A stretch of DNA of 61,072 bases from Candidatus Omnitrophota bacterium. GTDB lineage: Bacteria; Omnitrophota; Omnitrophia; Omnitrophales; Aquincolibacteriaceae. The position numbers were made by a program, and so were the translations under genes. The notes beneath the pieces were generated by a model that was not told the DNA's origin, ran no database searches, and saw only the letters and a list, made by a program, of their open reading frames with translations. This document shows positions 18,092 through 30,800 of this stretch, one piece after another; within the stretch, counting starts at the first letter, position 1, and each line of letters begins with the position of its first letter. The DNA lies in assembly GCA_043732705.1 (NCBI GenBank), contig JAYTHE010000034.1, forward strand, positions 1 to 61,072, written 5' to 3'.

Positions 18092-18634
18092 ATGCGCAAA
18101 AAACAAGGTACCTACTCTCGAATTTTGGCGGGAATACTTGCCTTTGTTTTCACTTTAAATTCGATCTTGCCCAATGCTTCGGCGGGGCAAATTCTATTTG
18201 AAGCACGAAAGCAAAGCGAGCTTCCCGATATGGCAAATATCTGGCTTCCTCCGGAGCTGGGACACGTTACTTCTGCCTTCCGCGGCCAATCCGGCCGTAT
18301 GCTGTTTCATCTCGAAGACGCGCACGGCAATTACGAAGCTCAAATCCGCCTCGTCGAACTCATTGATTTTCTTAACAAACATTATGGCGTGAAGCAAGTT
18401 TATCTCGAAGGCGCGACACAGAAAATTAATCCTAACCTCTACCGTTTTTTCGAAGAGAAAAAGCCGGCGTTTCAGGCTGGGCGGAAATTGCTCGAAATGG
18501 GCGAATTAACCGGCGCTGAAATTTTTCTTTTAAAACAGGAATTACTGCAAAATTGCGGACGGCTTTGCGTTCAAGCGGAAGGGATTGAATCCGCGTCGCT
18601 TAGTGTTTTGCCGCAATACCGAGGTGCTTTTTAA
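18092..18634 (+). CDS. Secreted 180-aa protein paralogous to residues ~45-170 of the giant ORF. It may be a stand-alone N-domain or the remnant of a second giant gene.
   Basis: Signal peptide (ILAGILAFVFTLNSILPNASA). HLEDAHGNYEAQIRLVELIDFLNKHYGVKQVYLEGATQKINPNLYRFFEEKK...ELTGAEIFLL aligns with MLIEDAHTSMEAQIRIRDLVGFLNQKEKIKTILFEGAAHPLKPSLYHFYHDPKK...ELTGGELALF in the giant ORF. Confidence 0.6.
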   Translation: MRKKQGTYSRILAGILAFVFTLNSILPNASAGQILFEARKQSELPDMANIWLPPELGHVTSAFRGQSGRMLFHLEDAHGNYEAQIRLVELIDFLNKHYGVKQVYLEGATQKINPNLYRFFEEKKPAFQAGRKLLEMGELTGAEIFLLKQELLQNCGRLCVQAEGIESASLSVLPQYRGAF

Positions 18635-18819
18635 CGCATCTTATTGTCTGGCCTAGCGATGTATTAATTAGCGTTTTTTAATTCTAAAACTATCAATAAC
18701 TAGCAATGGCTATCTTTAATATTTGCTTAAATTATTTTCATCAGTTAACTTCTAGTTGTATGTTTCTCAATATATATAGAGGAGAGCTGTTTGCGGATGG
18801 ATTCTAAGTAAAAAGACTT

Positions 18820-21800
18820 ATGCTATTTCAACATTGCGTCTTTAAAAAGTGGGTTTCGGCGTTTGTCGCGCTTGTGATGTTTTTTAATTTCCAGGTTCCG
18901 TCTGCCTGGAGCGGCCCTGCTTTGCCGGTTTTGAATTTGCCCGAACATTTGGGCATGCTTAAAAAAGTCTCGCGCGGTCTTTCTTCCGGAAGATCCTCAA
19001 AAACGGTGATGCTGATTGAAGACGCGCATACCAGTATGGAAGCGCAAATCCGTATCCGTGATTTGGTCGGATTCTTAAATCAAAAAGAAAAAATCAAAAC
19101 CATTTTATTTGAAGGCGCGGCGCATCCGCTCAAACCGTCGCTTTATCACTTCTACCATGATCCCAAAAAACAAAATACTTTTTTGCAGAATTTATTGCAG
19201 CAGAGTGAACTCACTGGCGGCGAGTTGGCGCTCTTTGATTCCATTACAGGCAAACCGAACGCGCTGCGTGGAATCGGCATGGAAAACGCGGATGATTTTA
19301 TCCGCAATTTGCAAGCCGCGAAAAAGCTGTTTCGCAATCAAGGCGCGGTTCAGGCCGCGTTGGAAAAATTAGAGCAGGTGCGTGATAGAAAATGGCGCGG
19401 GCATGTATCCAAAGAATTAGAGGATCTGATTCGTGGGCATGAGTCATTCCGTCGCGGACAAACGGATTGGTTTGCTTATCTGGATTTTTTAAATGCTGCT
19501 GCCAAATCGACGTTGCATCTTGACCTGTCCAATCCGCGCTATCAGTTTGAATATCCGATGCTTGTCCGCGCGGCGCTTCTGAAAAACTCCGAAAAAGAAA
19601 TGAAGCCGGAAATAATCGAGCAGGACCAGGCGCGGTTAGCGGCTTGGCTTCGATCCCACGGTTTTAAAGATTGGGCGGGTCAAATCGAAACCAGCAAAAT
19701 TGAAACGGGTGAAATTCGTTCCGAACTCGAACAGCTTTATTCCGATGCCGCAAAGAAGGGACTTAATTTTGAAAGCTATCCGGCTTGGTCGCGCTGGATG
19801 GGTTTGAAAGGATTGGAACAGGAGCTCGACGCAGCGCTTTTTGAGAAGGAAATGAAAAAGCTGTTTAAGCAGCTCGTGAACCAATCTCTTCAAAATTCGG
19901 ATGAGCGTGAATTTGTGAAAGCATCGCAGGACTTGTGGAAGACGCATGACTTGCTCGAATTAAAATTATCCCGTTCCGCATGGCAGAAATTAAAAACCTC
20001 CGGGGTTATCCTGAACCAGGGGACTGACCCCGGTGGGTCTGTCCCCAATGCTTCCTCTGCGTCATTGCAAGGAGCGCAGCGACGAAGCAATCTGACACGA
20101 AGTGTCATCCCCGACTCGATCGGGGATCCAGCTCTGGATTCCCGCCTGCGCGGGAATGACAAAAAGCATCAGATCGCCGCGCCTTCTTCGATGGTTCGCG
20201 ATGACGAGCGAGGTGGGTCTGGCCCCAATGCTTTCTCTCAAAAGCTGGTTACCGAGCTTGCCGGGAATGATGCGTCGCTTGCGGCGGCCATTCAAGCTGC
20301 TTGGGAGTTTTATGACGCGGCGGAAAAGCGTGAAGCCGGATTTATTGCCGCAGCATTAAAACAACTTCAAACCGAAAACAAAATGGCCGTGATTGTCGGT
20401 GGTTTTCACAGCGATGCTTTGCGGGATGCGCTTGCCAAAAATAACGTCACAGTATTTGAAATTACGCCTCGCATCACGCGGCTTGATTTTAAAGAAGGCG
20501 AGGCGAAGTATCAGCGCGCCTTGCTCGAAGATTCCGCCTTGCAGCATATATTGCGAACGGATCTGGATTTAATACCTGTCAATGCAGCTTTCCGTTTGAG
20601 TGCAATAAACAAAGCCATGCCTGGAACTCCCGACAACAACCAGCTTTTGACTCAACTTTCTGGTGTTAGGTTTGCGGAACTCAAGACTCAAGACGCACGA
20701 CTCGCGACCAGTAAGCGTTCCGAATCCCGCGTGTCGTATGCCAAGCCAAAAAATTTACAGGAAGGACTTGGGCGTTACTATGGCATGAAGCTCGAAATGT
20801 GGAATGCGTTAAATACCGATGATGCGGATTTATTCCGTGCAGTACTCGTTGACTTTCGTTTGCTTGTAAAAGACACGAATGACCTTGCCCGGAAATTAGC
20901 GGATGAGAAGGCCGCGCAAATGGCAAGACAGGTTTATGCGATGCTTCTGCAAGGGGAGAAACCCTACCCTCAATTTTTGATTGATTTTCAAGATCCGCGG
21001 CTCATGTTGGTTGAGATCAGAGTATTACAAGATGCGGGAGATAGGGATTTTTTTAAATTGCGATCGACAATTATTGAGGAGATGGCCGGTGAGTTTTTTC
21101 CGACGGATGATGAAAAACCGAAACGGGAAGAATTAATTGATTTGCTGAGTTCTAAAATCGGCACCAATCATATTGATGAACGTTTTCCCGAAAAAGCTTT
21201 TGAAGGGGATATGCACGAATGGAAAAAATTCGCACAATCGGCGGTTGTGAATTTAAGTTCGAGAGCGACGGCGCATGGCAGCTATTCACCTCGCACGAAA
21301 AAAATTTATGTCAATCCTCATCCTATTTCAATCAAAGATTTTAAGCCTGTTGCTGCGGAGGAACGTGAAATTGTTTTGCGTTCAACGATTAAGCATGAAG
21401 CGACTCACTTAATTTCGGATCGTGACTTGGGTGAGAAACGGGTGCTCAAGGTGCCGGAGCGCTGGGAAACTTTGACATGGGCGCTGGATGTGATTGAACG
21501 TGTGAATATTTTAACCGGCAAACGTGCGCTTGATGAAATGGGTGCGAAAGAGCGTGAGGCTGCTCTGGAAAAACTGCAAAGCTACAACGAAGAGTTTGGT
21601 GAGCCGGCATTACGTGCTCTTTTTGAAGTTGGCCGCGAAATGGGCAAAAACAAAGAATATGGATTTTTGATTCTTCCGCACATTGATTCCGAAGCCGGTT
21701 ATTTTTTTATTGAGCCGTTGATTGAAAAAGCAAAAACAGTTTACGGTAAGCTGGGATTTCCGCTGCTTAATTTGGATGATCAATACACGCGTGAGCGCGC

Positions 21801-24800
21801 GGCAGCCATCATTTTAGGCGGAATTTTAACCACGCATGAAGACACGAAAAAAAATCCTGCTAAAGCTTTGAAGGATTTTTTTGACAGTTTGTATGAGATG
21901 TATGGGGCGCATGAAAATCCGGCGGTGATGGCAAGAGTCGCTGAGAATATCCGGTATGTAATGAATGCGCTCGTTGAAAAGCTCGCGGTGCGTGGTACGG
22001 ATATTGTTTCAGCGGGTTTTTGGAAATATGATCGTGGTGACCGCGTGGCGGGAAGACGGCCCACTTTTTATTATAACGAATCTGATTTTTTACCGCGTGC
22101 GTATGACATGCCCGCGGAGCTGCGTGAAAAACCCGTCGAAGCCATGGAAGCAGCTTTGCTGGCGGCGCGTGAACGCGGGCTTGGTAATGCTCATTTAGCT
22201 TTTGCTTATGAAAATATTGTGCATGGTGAGTTTGATGAAGCAGCACGCACGCTTCCTGAACACCGCCTTTTATGGCAAATGTTGTGGACTCCTCAAATTT
22301 ATGCATCGGAGCTCATGGAAACCGGCCACAAATCAGTTTTGCAGGTGGCTCAAGACCGTTTGATTAATGATTTGCGCGGCGGCGCGCGCTGGCTGACGCG
22401 CGTTTTTCGCGAGCGCTATAACCCCAGCGTTAATCTGATGGCTGCCCGCGCCCGGTTGGCGTCTTTACCGCTGCATTTACAGTATTTAGATTCCATGCTC
22501 TATGTTTTTTCAAATGAACTTCCTGCGGATTCCAAGCAGTCCGCTGATCCACGGCTTACTAATTCTGATGTGATTGCGGCGCTAAAAGCCACGCATGGTG
22601 ATTATGCTAAAAATCCAGGCTGGCTGCGCGCGATGATCGGCTGGAGACCTGAAGACGCGAATACACCCGCGAAATCGCAAGCCATGCTGGCTGAAGTTGC
22701 GGAATCGATTTGGCCGGTTTACAAAAAACTTTATGACAAAGCGGTCGAACAAATGCGTAAAGAAATTTTAGAACGTGCGGCGAACCGCGAATTGGAAGAT
22801 CAAGAAGTTCTGCAAATGTTAGGGGATATGACTCCGGCTGAACAGCAATTGCTAGAACAAATCCTGCAGCAAATGATGCAACAGTCCGAGCAGCAATTTG
22901 CTTCGGGCAATCAATCTCAAAACCAATCATCCATGCAGTCACCGCAGCAGCAATCCGGTCAACAAAGTGGCAGTCAACAACCCGGAGGACAACAGAGTGG
23001 TGAATCGCAAGCAGGTGGACAGCCTAGTTCAGGACAAGCGGGCGGCGGCGCGCAAAAGAGTAGTCAAGGAAATCCTGGGAGTGGTGGGCAGTCCGCAGGT
23101 GCGAGTCAGGGTAAGCAAGGTGCTTCTCAACCGGGCAGTGGATCGCAAACGGGCGGACAGCCGAGCAATCAAGGTAGTCCAAGCGGTGCGAAAGCGAGCG
23201 GCGGAAATCCAGGGGCTATGCAATCAGGCAATACGCCGGGATCAAACGCCGTTTCCAAGTTACAGGCAGCATTGCAAAATTTACAAAACTTAATGGGGAC
23301 TTTAGGCAGCCAAGTTCAAAATCTTGCTGCTCAGGCCGCACAAGTGAAACAGCAATTACCGCAAGTTGCGGGCGCGGCTGGGCAAGTCGGCGATGCTTCT
23401 CAGCAAGCAAAGAAAGCCGGAGCAGAGACAGCACAAAGCGGACAAAAAACTGAGCCGGGTTCGCAGGCTTCAGATTCCGGTACGCCGAACGCACAATCGG
23501 CAGCTGAAGCGGCCGCCGAAAAATTAAATCAAATGGCTCAAAGCATTCAGAACGAAGCCGCGAGCGCACTGAATCAAGCGAAGGATTTGGAAAATCAATC
23601 GTCTGCGGCACAAAATGCCGGCAATCAAATTCACAATCAAATGCCATGGAAAAATCCCCAGGTTGAGGCCGGGCAAATTGCCGCTCAAGCGCAGGCAATG
23701 AAAAAGAGCGCTGAGCAGCTGATGAAGCTCGCGAACCAAATGGCTGAAAAGGCAGCGCAAATATCAAACGAGGCCGGAGCGCAAAATCCGGAAGCAGCAA
23801 AATTAAAAACGGACGCGGAAACTATGACGCAAATGGCGCAGCAAATGAAGGCGAATGCCGACGATATCGTTCATGGTACGCGTCAAACCGAAGAAAGCAT
23901 TGCAGAGGCTGAGAAATCTGTAGCAGATGCGGCAAACGCGATTCAAAAAGCGCAAGCGTTGATCGAGAAAATGGATGCTGCCAAACAACAAGCCAAAACG
24001 GATTCCGGGAACGAAGTCAAACAGCCCAAGGGCAGTTCTCAAAAGACAAGTGAAAGCCAGGGAGGAAAAGGTACAGGGAAAAGCGAGGCCGGCGGCAGCA
24101 GTAGTGCGGGCCGCGGCATTGAGGCCTCCGGACAGCTTTCTGATTTACCGAAGCCGCCGACTTCTTTTGGTATGCGGGAAATGATGAAACTGGGTGATAA
24201 CACAAACGGGAACGCCAATACCGGCAAGCCTATAGCAGGTATTGATTTTCAGCCGGATGATTATGCGGGGCTGGCAGCGGCACTTAAAAAAGTAAAAAAA
24301 CTCAATGCGGCAGAAAAAAAAGAATATGACAGTTGGTTTTCCGACAAGGTGCATGACCCGGACGGTGAGAAAGTTACGGTGCGTGACATTATCGATGAAA
24401 TTGTATTTTTTCTGAACAGTACGCTTAAAGAATCGCGCGGAATTGATAAGGTGGACGCGCCGCACGGAGCTGTGCTCGCGAATGTGGTTAAAGCGGTTAA
24501 CGGTGCCGCGGGCGGCTGGGCCAATGTGGACTTCACTAAAATCCCCGAACTTTATTTAGCTTTGCTTGTTGATGCTAGCGGTTCGATGGGAACCGAATTT
24601 TATGGAAAAACAAAAACCCAAATCGCGCAAATGGTGGCGTTTATTCTGATGGAAGCGATTTATGAACACAATCTTGAACGCCGCAAGCTTGCATTGCCCG
24701 TAATTAAAATGGAGATTGGGATTTTTCAAAGCGCGGTTGATTTATTGGTGAGTCATGAACAGTTTGAAAATATGGATGACCGGGAAAAAGAATATTTTAT

Positions 24801-27800
24801 TTATCATTCCATCAAGAAGTTTGAAGAAGGCGGCAGTACGGAATACTCGTACGCGGTTAAACGTTATTTTGAACATGTCGCCAGCCTTGGCTTTGAAAGG
24901 AAAGTTCAAAACGATGTTTTTGTGGTCACCGATGAAGCTGTTGGAGAAACTCAAAAAAAGGAAGTTCAAGGTGCGGTTACTTTCGCAAAAGATGAAAATG
25001 TCGGCTTCCATATTGTTCCACTCGGTGATGACGATGAAATCGAAGCATCCAAGCAACTTCATGGTTCCGAACTTGTAATTGATCCGCGCACGCTTGAGAA
25101 ACGTGTTGAATTGCTGCCTTATGTCATGATCGCGCGCATGATGGGCCGGCTTGCCAAAGAGTATCGCATTGCATTGCCGCCGCGCTTTGCGCGTTATGTG
25201 GCGGAGACTGACGCCGCCACTCGCTCTGAAGCGCGTGTATCTGTGGATCTCAAAAAATTGCGCGATATTCCGGGATATCAATTTTTCAAAGACTACACAG
25301 ACGCCGATGGACGTGAGTTTTTAGTTTGGCTGCGCGCGGGTGAAACTATGGCTTGGCAAAAAGGCGTGGGCGGCAGCGAAGTGCCGCGTAACCGGCCCGC
25401 GATGACTCCCGAAAACGAAATTATTCTGTACGGTTTATTAAGCAAACTCTACACGCCAGATGTGATTTATACGTCGATTAACGCTGACCGGCGTTATTTT
25501 ATCCGTGAAGCGCAGAACGGAAAAACCGAACTTTTTTTCCGTGAGAAAGAAGAGGACGGGTGGAAAAGTGCTGCGAAATGGGGGATCCAAAATCGTCCGG
25601 TTGTGGATGGAGAACGGTTTCGCGGCGCGAACGGTGTGACCTGGAAAGCGGCGAATTCGGGGAAGGTCGAAGTCAGTTTGGAAAACGGCACATCTTTTAA
25701 AGTTGATTTGCCCGAAGGGGTCGCGGTGGACAAAGTTTATTTTGAACAAGCTGGCGACGAGGATACGGTTTATTTATTTCAATCCGGGCGCGCGGCGCGA
25801 GTCCAAGTTTTTAAAAAAACGGGGACAGTCTGGAAGCAAGCGGCAGACATGCAGATGGAGACTTGGACAAAGGCCGATGAACCCTTAAAAAAAGTTTTGA
25901 ATGCGACGGGTCTTCCCGGACTTGGCAAAGGCGTGCTTTTGCGTGAAATGGCGCGCATGATGAATTTGGAATATTACAAACTTGCCGCGGACGAAAAAGT
26001 GCATCCGGAGGAATTGGCGGCAAATCGCGCTCTTCGCGATGGTGTCTCCGCTGACGATCCTTCCTCATGGACGCAAGCCCGTCACCTGGGAGCTTTATTT
26101 GTCGTGGATGAAGCGCATAAACTTTCCAAAGAAACCATGAATTCAATGAAATCGCCGATTGCCTCAGGTTTGCATGAATGGGTTTACATTACTCAGGATG
26201 GGCAGTATAAAAAAATGACCGTACCCAACAGCGCGATGGCGCGCATTGTTTTCACTTCTAATACATTAGTTCAGGGAATTACCGGCTCCGCCCTGACGGA
26301 TTTGGATCCCGCCATGCGTAGCCGCATTATCCTGCAGCAATTTAATTGGCAAAGTCCGGGCGCTGAAAAGAGGCGTCTCATGTTGCATGCTGAAAAATTT
26401 GTGCGGGATAATCCCGGCCTCCAGCTGCCGTCAGACTTGAATGAAACGGTCAACCGGTTAATGAAAGCTGCCGCGGGTTTGCGTATTGCTTATTTGGGGG
26501 GAGATAAAGATGACATTGATGCCGCCATGCAAACGAGCGATGGAATTAATTATCCGTATTGGGAAAGAAAAATTGAGGAATTATCCCGCAAATTTAAAAC
26601 GCCGGGTATTTTACGCGCGCCTTCCGCCCGTGTTTTGCAAATGATGATGGAACATTTTATCCGCTTTCCGCTGGATGCAAAATATAGAAAATGGTCGGTG
26701 GTCCACCGTATTTTTAATTTTCGCGCCGAAGACGATCGTAAGAAAAGCTATGAAACCGTGGAAGCCGCTTTCCAGAAATTTTTTGAAAATGATCCCGCTG
26801 CCGGTGCGCGCAAACCGCATTTTGATCTTAAACATTCTTTTCAGGTTGTGCGCCGCGGCCAAGACGCCGAAAGCCTTCCTCTTTACAGTTTGCAGGTCAC
26901 GGCTACGGGCCCTGACGGCAAGCCCGATCCGTTTTTTGATACGTTTGAAGTTCCAATTCACCGCGATAGCGAGATGGTTCAGCAATTTGAGCAGGGCGAA
27001 ACACCCGAATTGCCCGCCGCATTTCAATTCCTTTTACGTTATCCGCAAAATCACGAATTGCTTTATCAAATGCTGCAGGCTTATGCCAAAGACCGTGATG
27101 TTATTTTGGTGGGGCCCGCTTCCACGGGTAAAACGGTGATCGGTACCACGGTCCAGGAATTGGTGGGCGGCCGTGGAGTGACTGTTGAAGCAATGTATGA
27201 AGGCGTAACGCCGGAAACATTATTTTATTCGCCCGGAATCGGACTTGACGGAAGAAGATGGGAAAGCGGATTTTCTGCCGGCTCAGTGATCAAAGCCATG
27301 CTGGAAGGTAAGCCGATTGGCTTTGATGAAACAACGCAGGCGGAAGCGCATGTCATCGGCAAATTGAATGAAGTTACCGAGCAGCGCGAATATGAGCACC
27401 CCGGCACGCATGAAAAAATTCATGCGACTCGCGGTTTTTGGTCATTGCATTACATCAATCCTCCTGATGGCTATGACACCGGCACAGCGTCAGCGGAATG
27501 GTATGAACGGCATGACATTTTATGGGTGGATGCTTTACCTATTCAGGAATCCATGGAACTTTCGGCTTCTGCGGGAGATCTTGGCGATAAACAAATCAAT
27601 CCCAAATTAATTGGCTTGGCTGCTTTGCAACGCGGAGAATCCAAGGGATTGGTAGCGCTTATGGAATGGTCGCGTCAAGCGGCGCGGGGAACAGCGACAG
27701 GCAAAGCCAAAGACTTTACCAAGAAAATCAAAAACGAAATTGAAATTCGGCGCATGATTGAAGCGATAAAAGCCATTGCGCAGAGATTCGAAACAGAATT

Positions 27801-30800
27801 TGCCCTGCAAAATCGCAATTGGGTTTTGGAAGCCGTTAAGTGGGGGATTTTCGGGAAAAATCGTGACCCCGAAACCGTAACGGCCACCGAAATTCGGCTG
27901 GTGATGAATGCCTGGATGCGCGATGAACACGCCGATTGGAAAAATCAGAAAATAGGCATGGGAGATAAAACGCGGCATGATTTTACGATCGAAGTGCTGC
28001 GTAAACCGCAGGAAGTTTTGCTGGATTTAATTAATCAGAATTATCAATTTCAATTTCCCGAGTGGCATGAAGTATTAGTCGACGGTCTCAAGCAGGCAGG
28101 CCTTTGGAAAGACGAATGGAATCAAGACGGTATTACGGAGCTCTTGAATGGCGAAGATATTGTGCTCGAGCTTCTTCCGCTTTTACCAAACGGCAAGCCT
28201 AAATTAGACGGCACGGAATTCAATGAACCTGTGTTGCAGGACGTGCTCGAATATATTGAACGTAACGTTGATGGCGCGGCACTGCAGGAAAAAATAAAGT
28301 GGCTTCAGACAAAAATATCAGAACTTTACGCGACTCATAAAGACCCGGCTAAAGCGGTTAATATCTGGAACAAACTCGATTTTGAGACTCGGCTTAAGCG
28401 GCTTGCGGTTCTTTCCGAAATTTACCGCATTTTGAATTTAACAGTGACATTGCGTGGGTATGGAGTAAAAGGGCGCACCCACAATGAAGCCAATACCAAA
28501 GTGCTGCGTTCCTATCTCGATAATATTGAACGTGCTATCGAAGCCCGCGATTGGCCGGTGGCGGCGCTGAAGGACGCAGAAAATCCTGAGTTTGATGCGG
28601 TCAAAAAACTCGAGGGCTGGCTCGCGGAATATAAATTCAGGAAGTATACAATTCTTCCGACTGGTAAGAGTGCGATTGACGGTTTTGGAAGCGAAGAAGC
28701 GCAGGATTTGGGCGCGCGGGCTTTTGTTTTGGGGAGTCAGTATCCCGATTATACAAAGATCATCGTTCCGAAATTGCAACTTGCAAGGCAACAAAAACCA
28801 CCGCAAGCAAAACGTTCCGAAGTCCGTAGGGGTCTGTCCCAAGCAGTGCGCGGGACTGATCCCAATGCTCCCGTTACAGCAGTCTTTGGTCTTTCTAGAA
28901 ACCATAAGGGTCAGTCCCCATTCGAGGACAGACCCTCCCGACGTTCCGAAGCGCGATTCGATGATGCGATCCTTGAGCTCGCTACCGCCCAACAGGGGTT
29001 GAGCTCAGCACGAGCGCTTCAAGATTCGATTGGCGGAAGTGAAAGTATCGTTGCCGCCGCGCAAAGACAAGTTGAAGCTTTAGAAGTTGAAGTAGAGAGA
29101 CTCAAACCAAATGGCTTTGATGTGGCCGCCGCGCTTGTAGTTGCGAACCAAGCTGCATCTGCGACTCAACAAGTTGCGACGCCTGCTCCCGCACCTGTTG
29201 CGGCTCCAAAAACTGTGGTGAGTAATGCAATTCTAAAACATTCAAATATTATCGATTATGCGTCGTCATTGGGTTTGGGAAAAGGCACGGAAAAGTATTG
29301 GGATCAGTTAAAGTACCCGGGATTTTTTCAAAAAAAATGGATAAGTTTCGGCTATTTGCTTCTCTGCAACCTTTATATTTATCTGGATTATGTTTTATTG
29401 TTTTGGAATACATTTACCGGTCTTCTCGAACGCGGACTCTTGAAGGATGAGCAACCGCCCGCTCTTTACATGGCGGAACGTCATATGAGAAGTCTCGTAT
29501 TGGATGTCCAAATTGCGACAAAAGATGTGGATGCGCCTGAGAGTAGAGAGGCTGTGCGTGTTGAACTTGCTTTAGAACAAAAGATAAAAGCATTTCGCGA
29601 TAAGTGGAAATTTAAAAATAAATTTCTTAATTATTTTACCACGGGCATTTTGGAGCTCTACCTTCCGATTTGGAGAAATGCCACCGCTGTTGCGTGTCTT
29701 AGCGAAGTGAAAGAATGGCTTAAATACCCGCAGCGAAAAGCTAATCAAATGTCGCGCGATGCTTTTAATAAATTCATGGCGGCTGAAATAGGCAAAGAGT
29801 CAGTGCAAGGGTTATTCGGCAGATTGGTTGAGCTCACCCCAGATTATTATGACACTCAGACTAGCTCGGGATGGTTGGCGGTTCTGTTATGGCACAGAGC
29901 TTACGCGTCTAAAAGAGATGATCCTAACACTCAAACGACACCGTATATTCCCAAGCCTGAAATAACACTTATTGATTTAATGCGTGAAAACCGGCGTGAC
30001 ACGCAAAAAGCACTGTCCGATGAAGAACGAAGAACGCTGAGTGTAACGGCAGGAATTTTATCGCAAAGATTTTGGCTGGAAATGGCTTATGAATTCCGTG
30101 AAGTCTCGCGAAATGGATTTTACTTCGCGGAACACATGCTCGATGCCGGATCCGTCACTGCGCAAACAATAAAAAAATCACAACAGGATTTAGCGCTGAT
30201 GAAACAGGGGCTGGACGCGGATGTCGTCACTGACGAAGAGCTCGCAGAGATTTCAAATAAAACGCGAGCTATTTTATTTGATGACTTCGGGCAATATCCA
30301 AACTTTCAGTACTCCCATTTAATTTGGAATATGATCGAGCCGCTTCTGCAAAAAGAGGTTGATGCGGATGAGCGGCGATGGGGCTATGCTGATTTTGTGA
30401 GTGTTATTCAGCAAGCGCTGGGCCACCAACTTCAATCCCGCTGGGTCGCGCAGCCTGATGATGCCGCGTTTTTGGCGGTGATATCAAATCGGTACAGACA
30501 TTTTTTTAATATCAGAATGTCGCTATCTAAAAACCAAGCGCATTTCGATGACGAAGCACGAAAACGACTAAAAGAACCTGAGCCGATTATTTTAAGAAAC
30601 AGGCTTGCGACCATGAATCGATGGTTTGTGGAGGAAGAACCAGACAACGAGGAAGTTGAAGCGAACTCTAATGACGAATTAGCCGACATCGTCGCACGCT
30701 CTGAAGTTCGTGGAAACCACCCGCACCCCAGGGGTGCGGCCCGGGTCAGCACCCCTGGGTTGTGGGTGGGGCAAGACGCGGCACTATCTTCACGTTCCGA

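Noticed and set aside
21860-22306. 148-aa minus-strand ORF, and many similar antisense ORFs inside the giant gene (e.g. 19636-19947, 24742-25281, 26611-27027, 28438-28992, 48955-49482)
   Set aside because: All lie antisense to a frame with strong motif and paralogy support. They have odd composition (R/H/F/C-rich), no RBS and no paralogs. The only antisense ORFs I kept are 32994-33221 and 33228-33479, which have an RBS and mutual paralogy.
23216-23800. 194-aa minus-strand ORF
   Set aside because: It is the reverse complement of the Q/A/G-rich low-complexity and coiled-coil region. Such sequence is stop-poor on both strands by composition alone.
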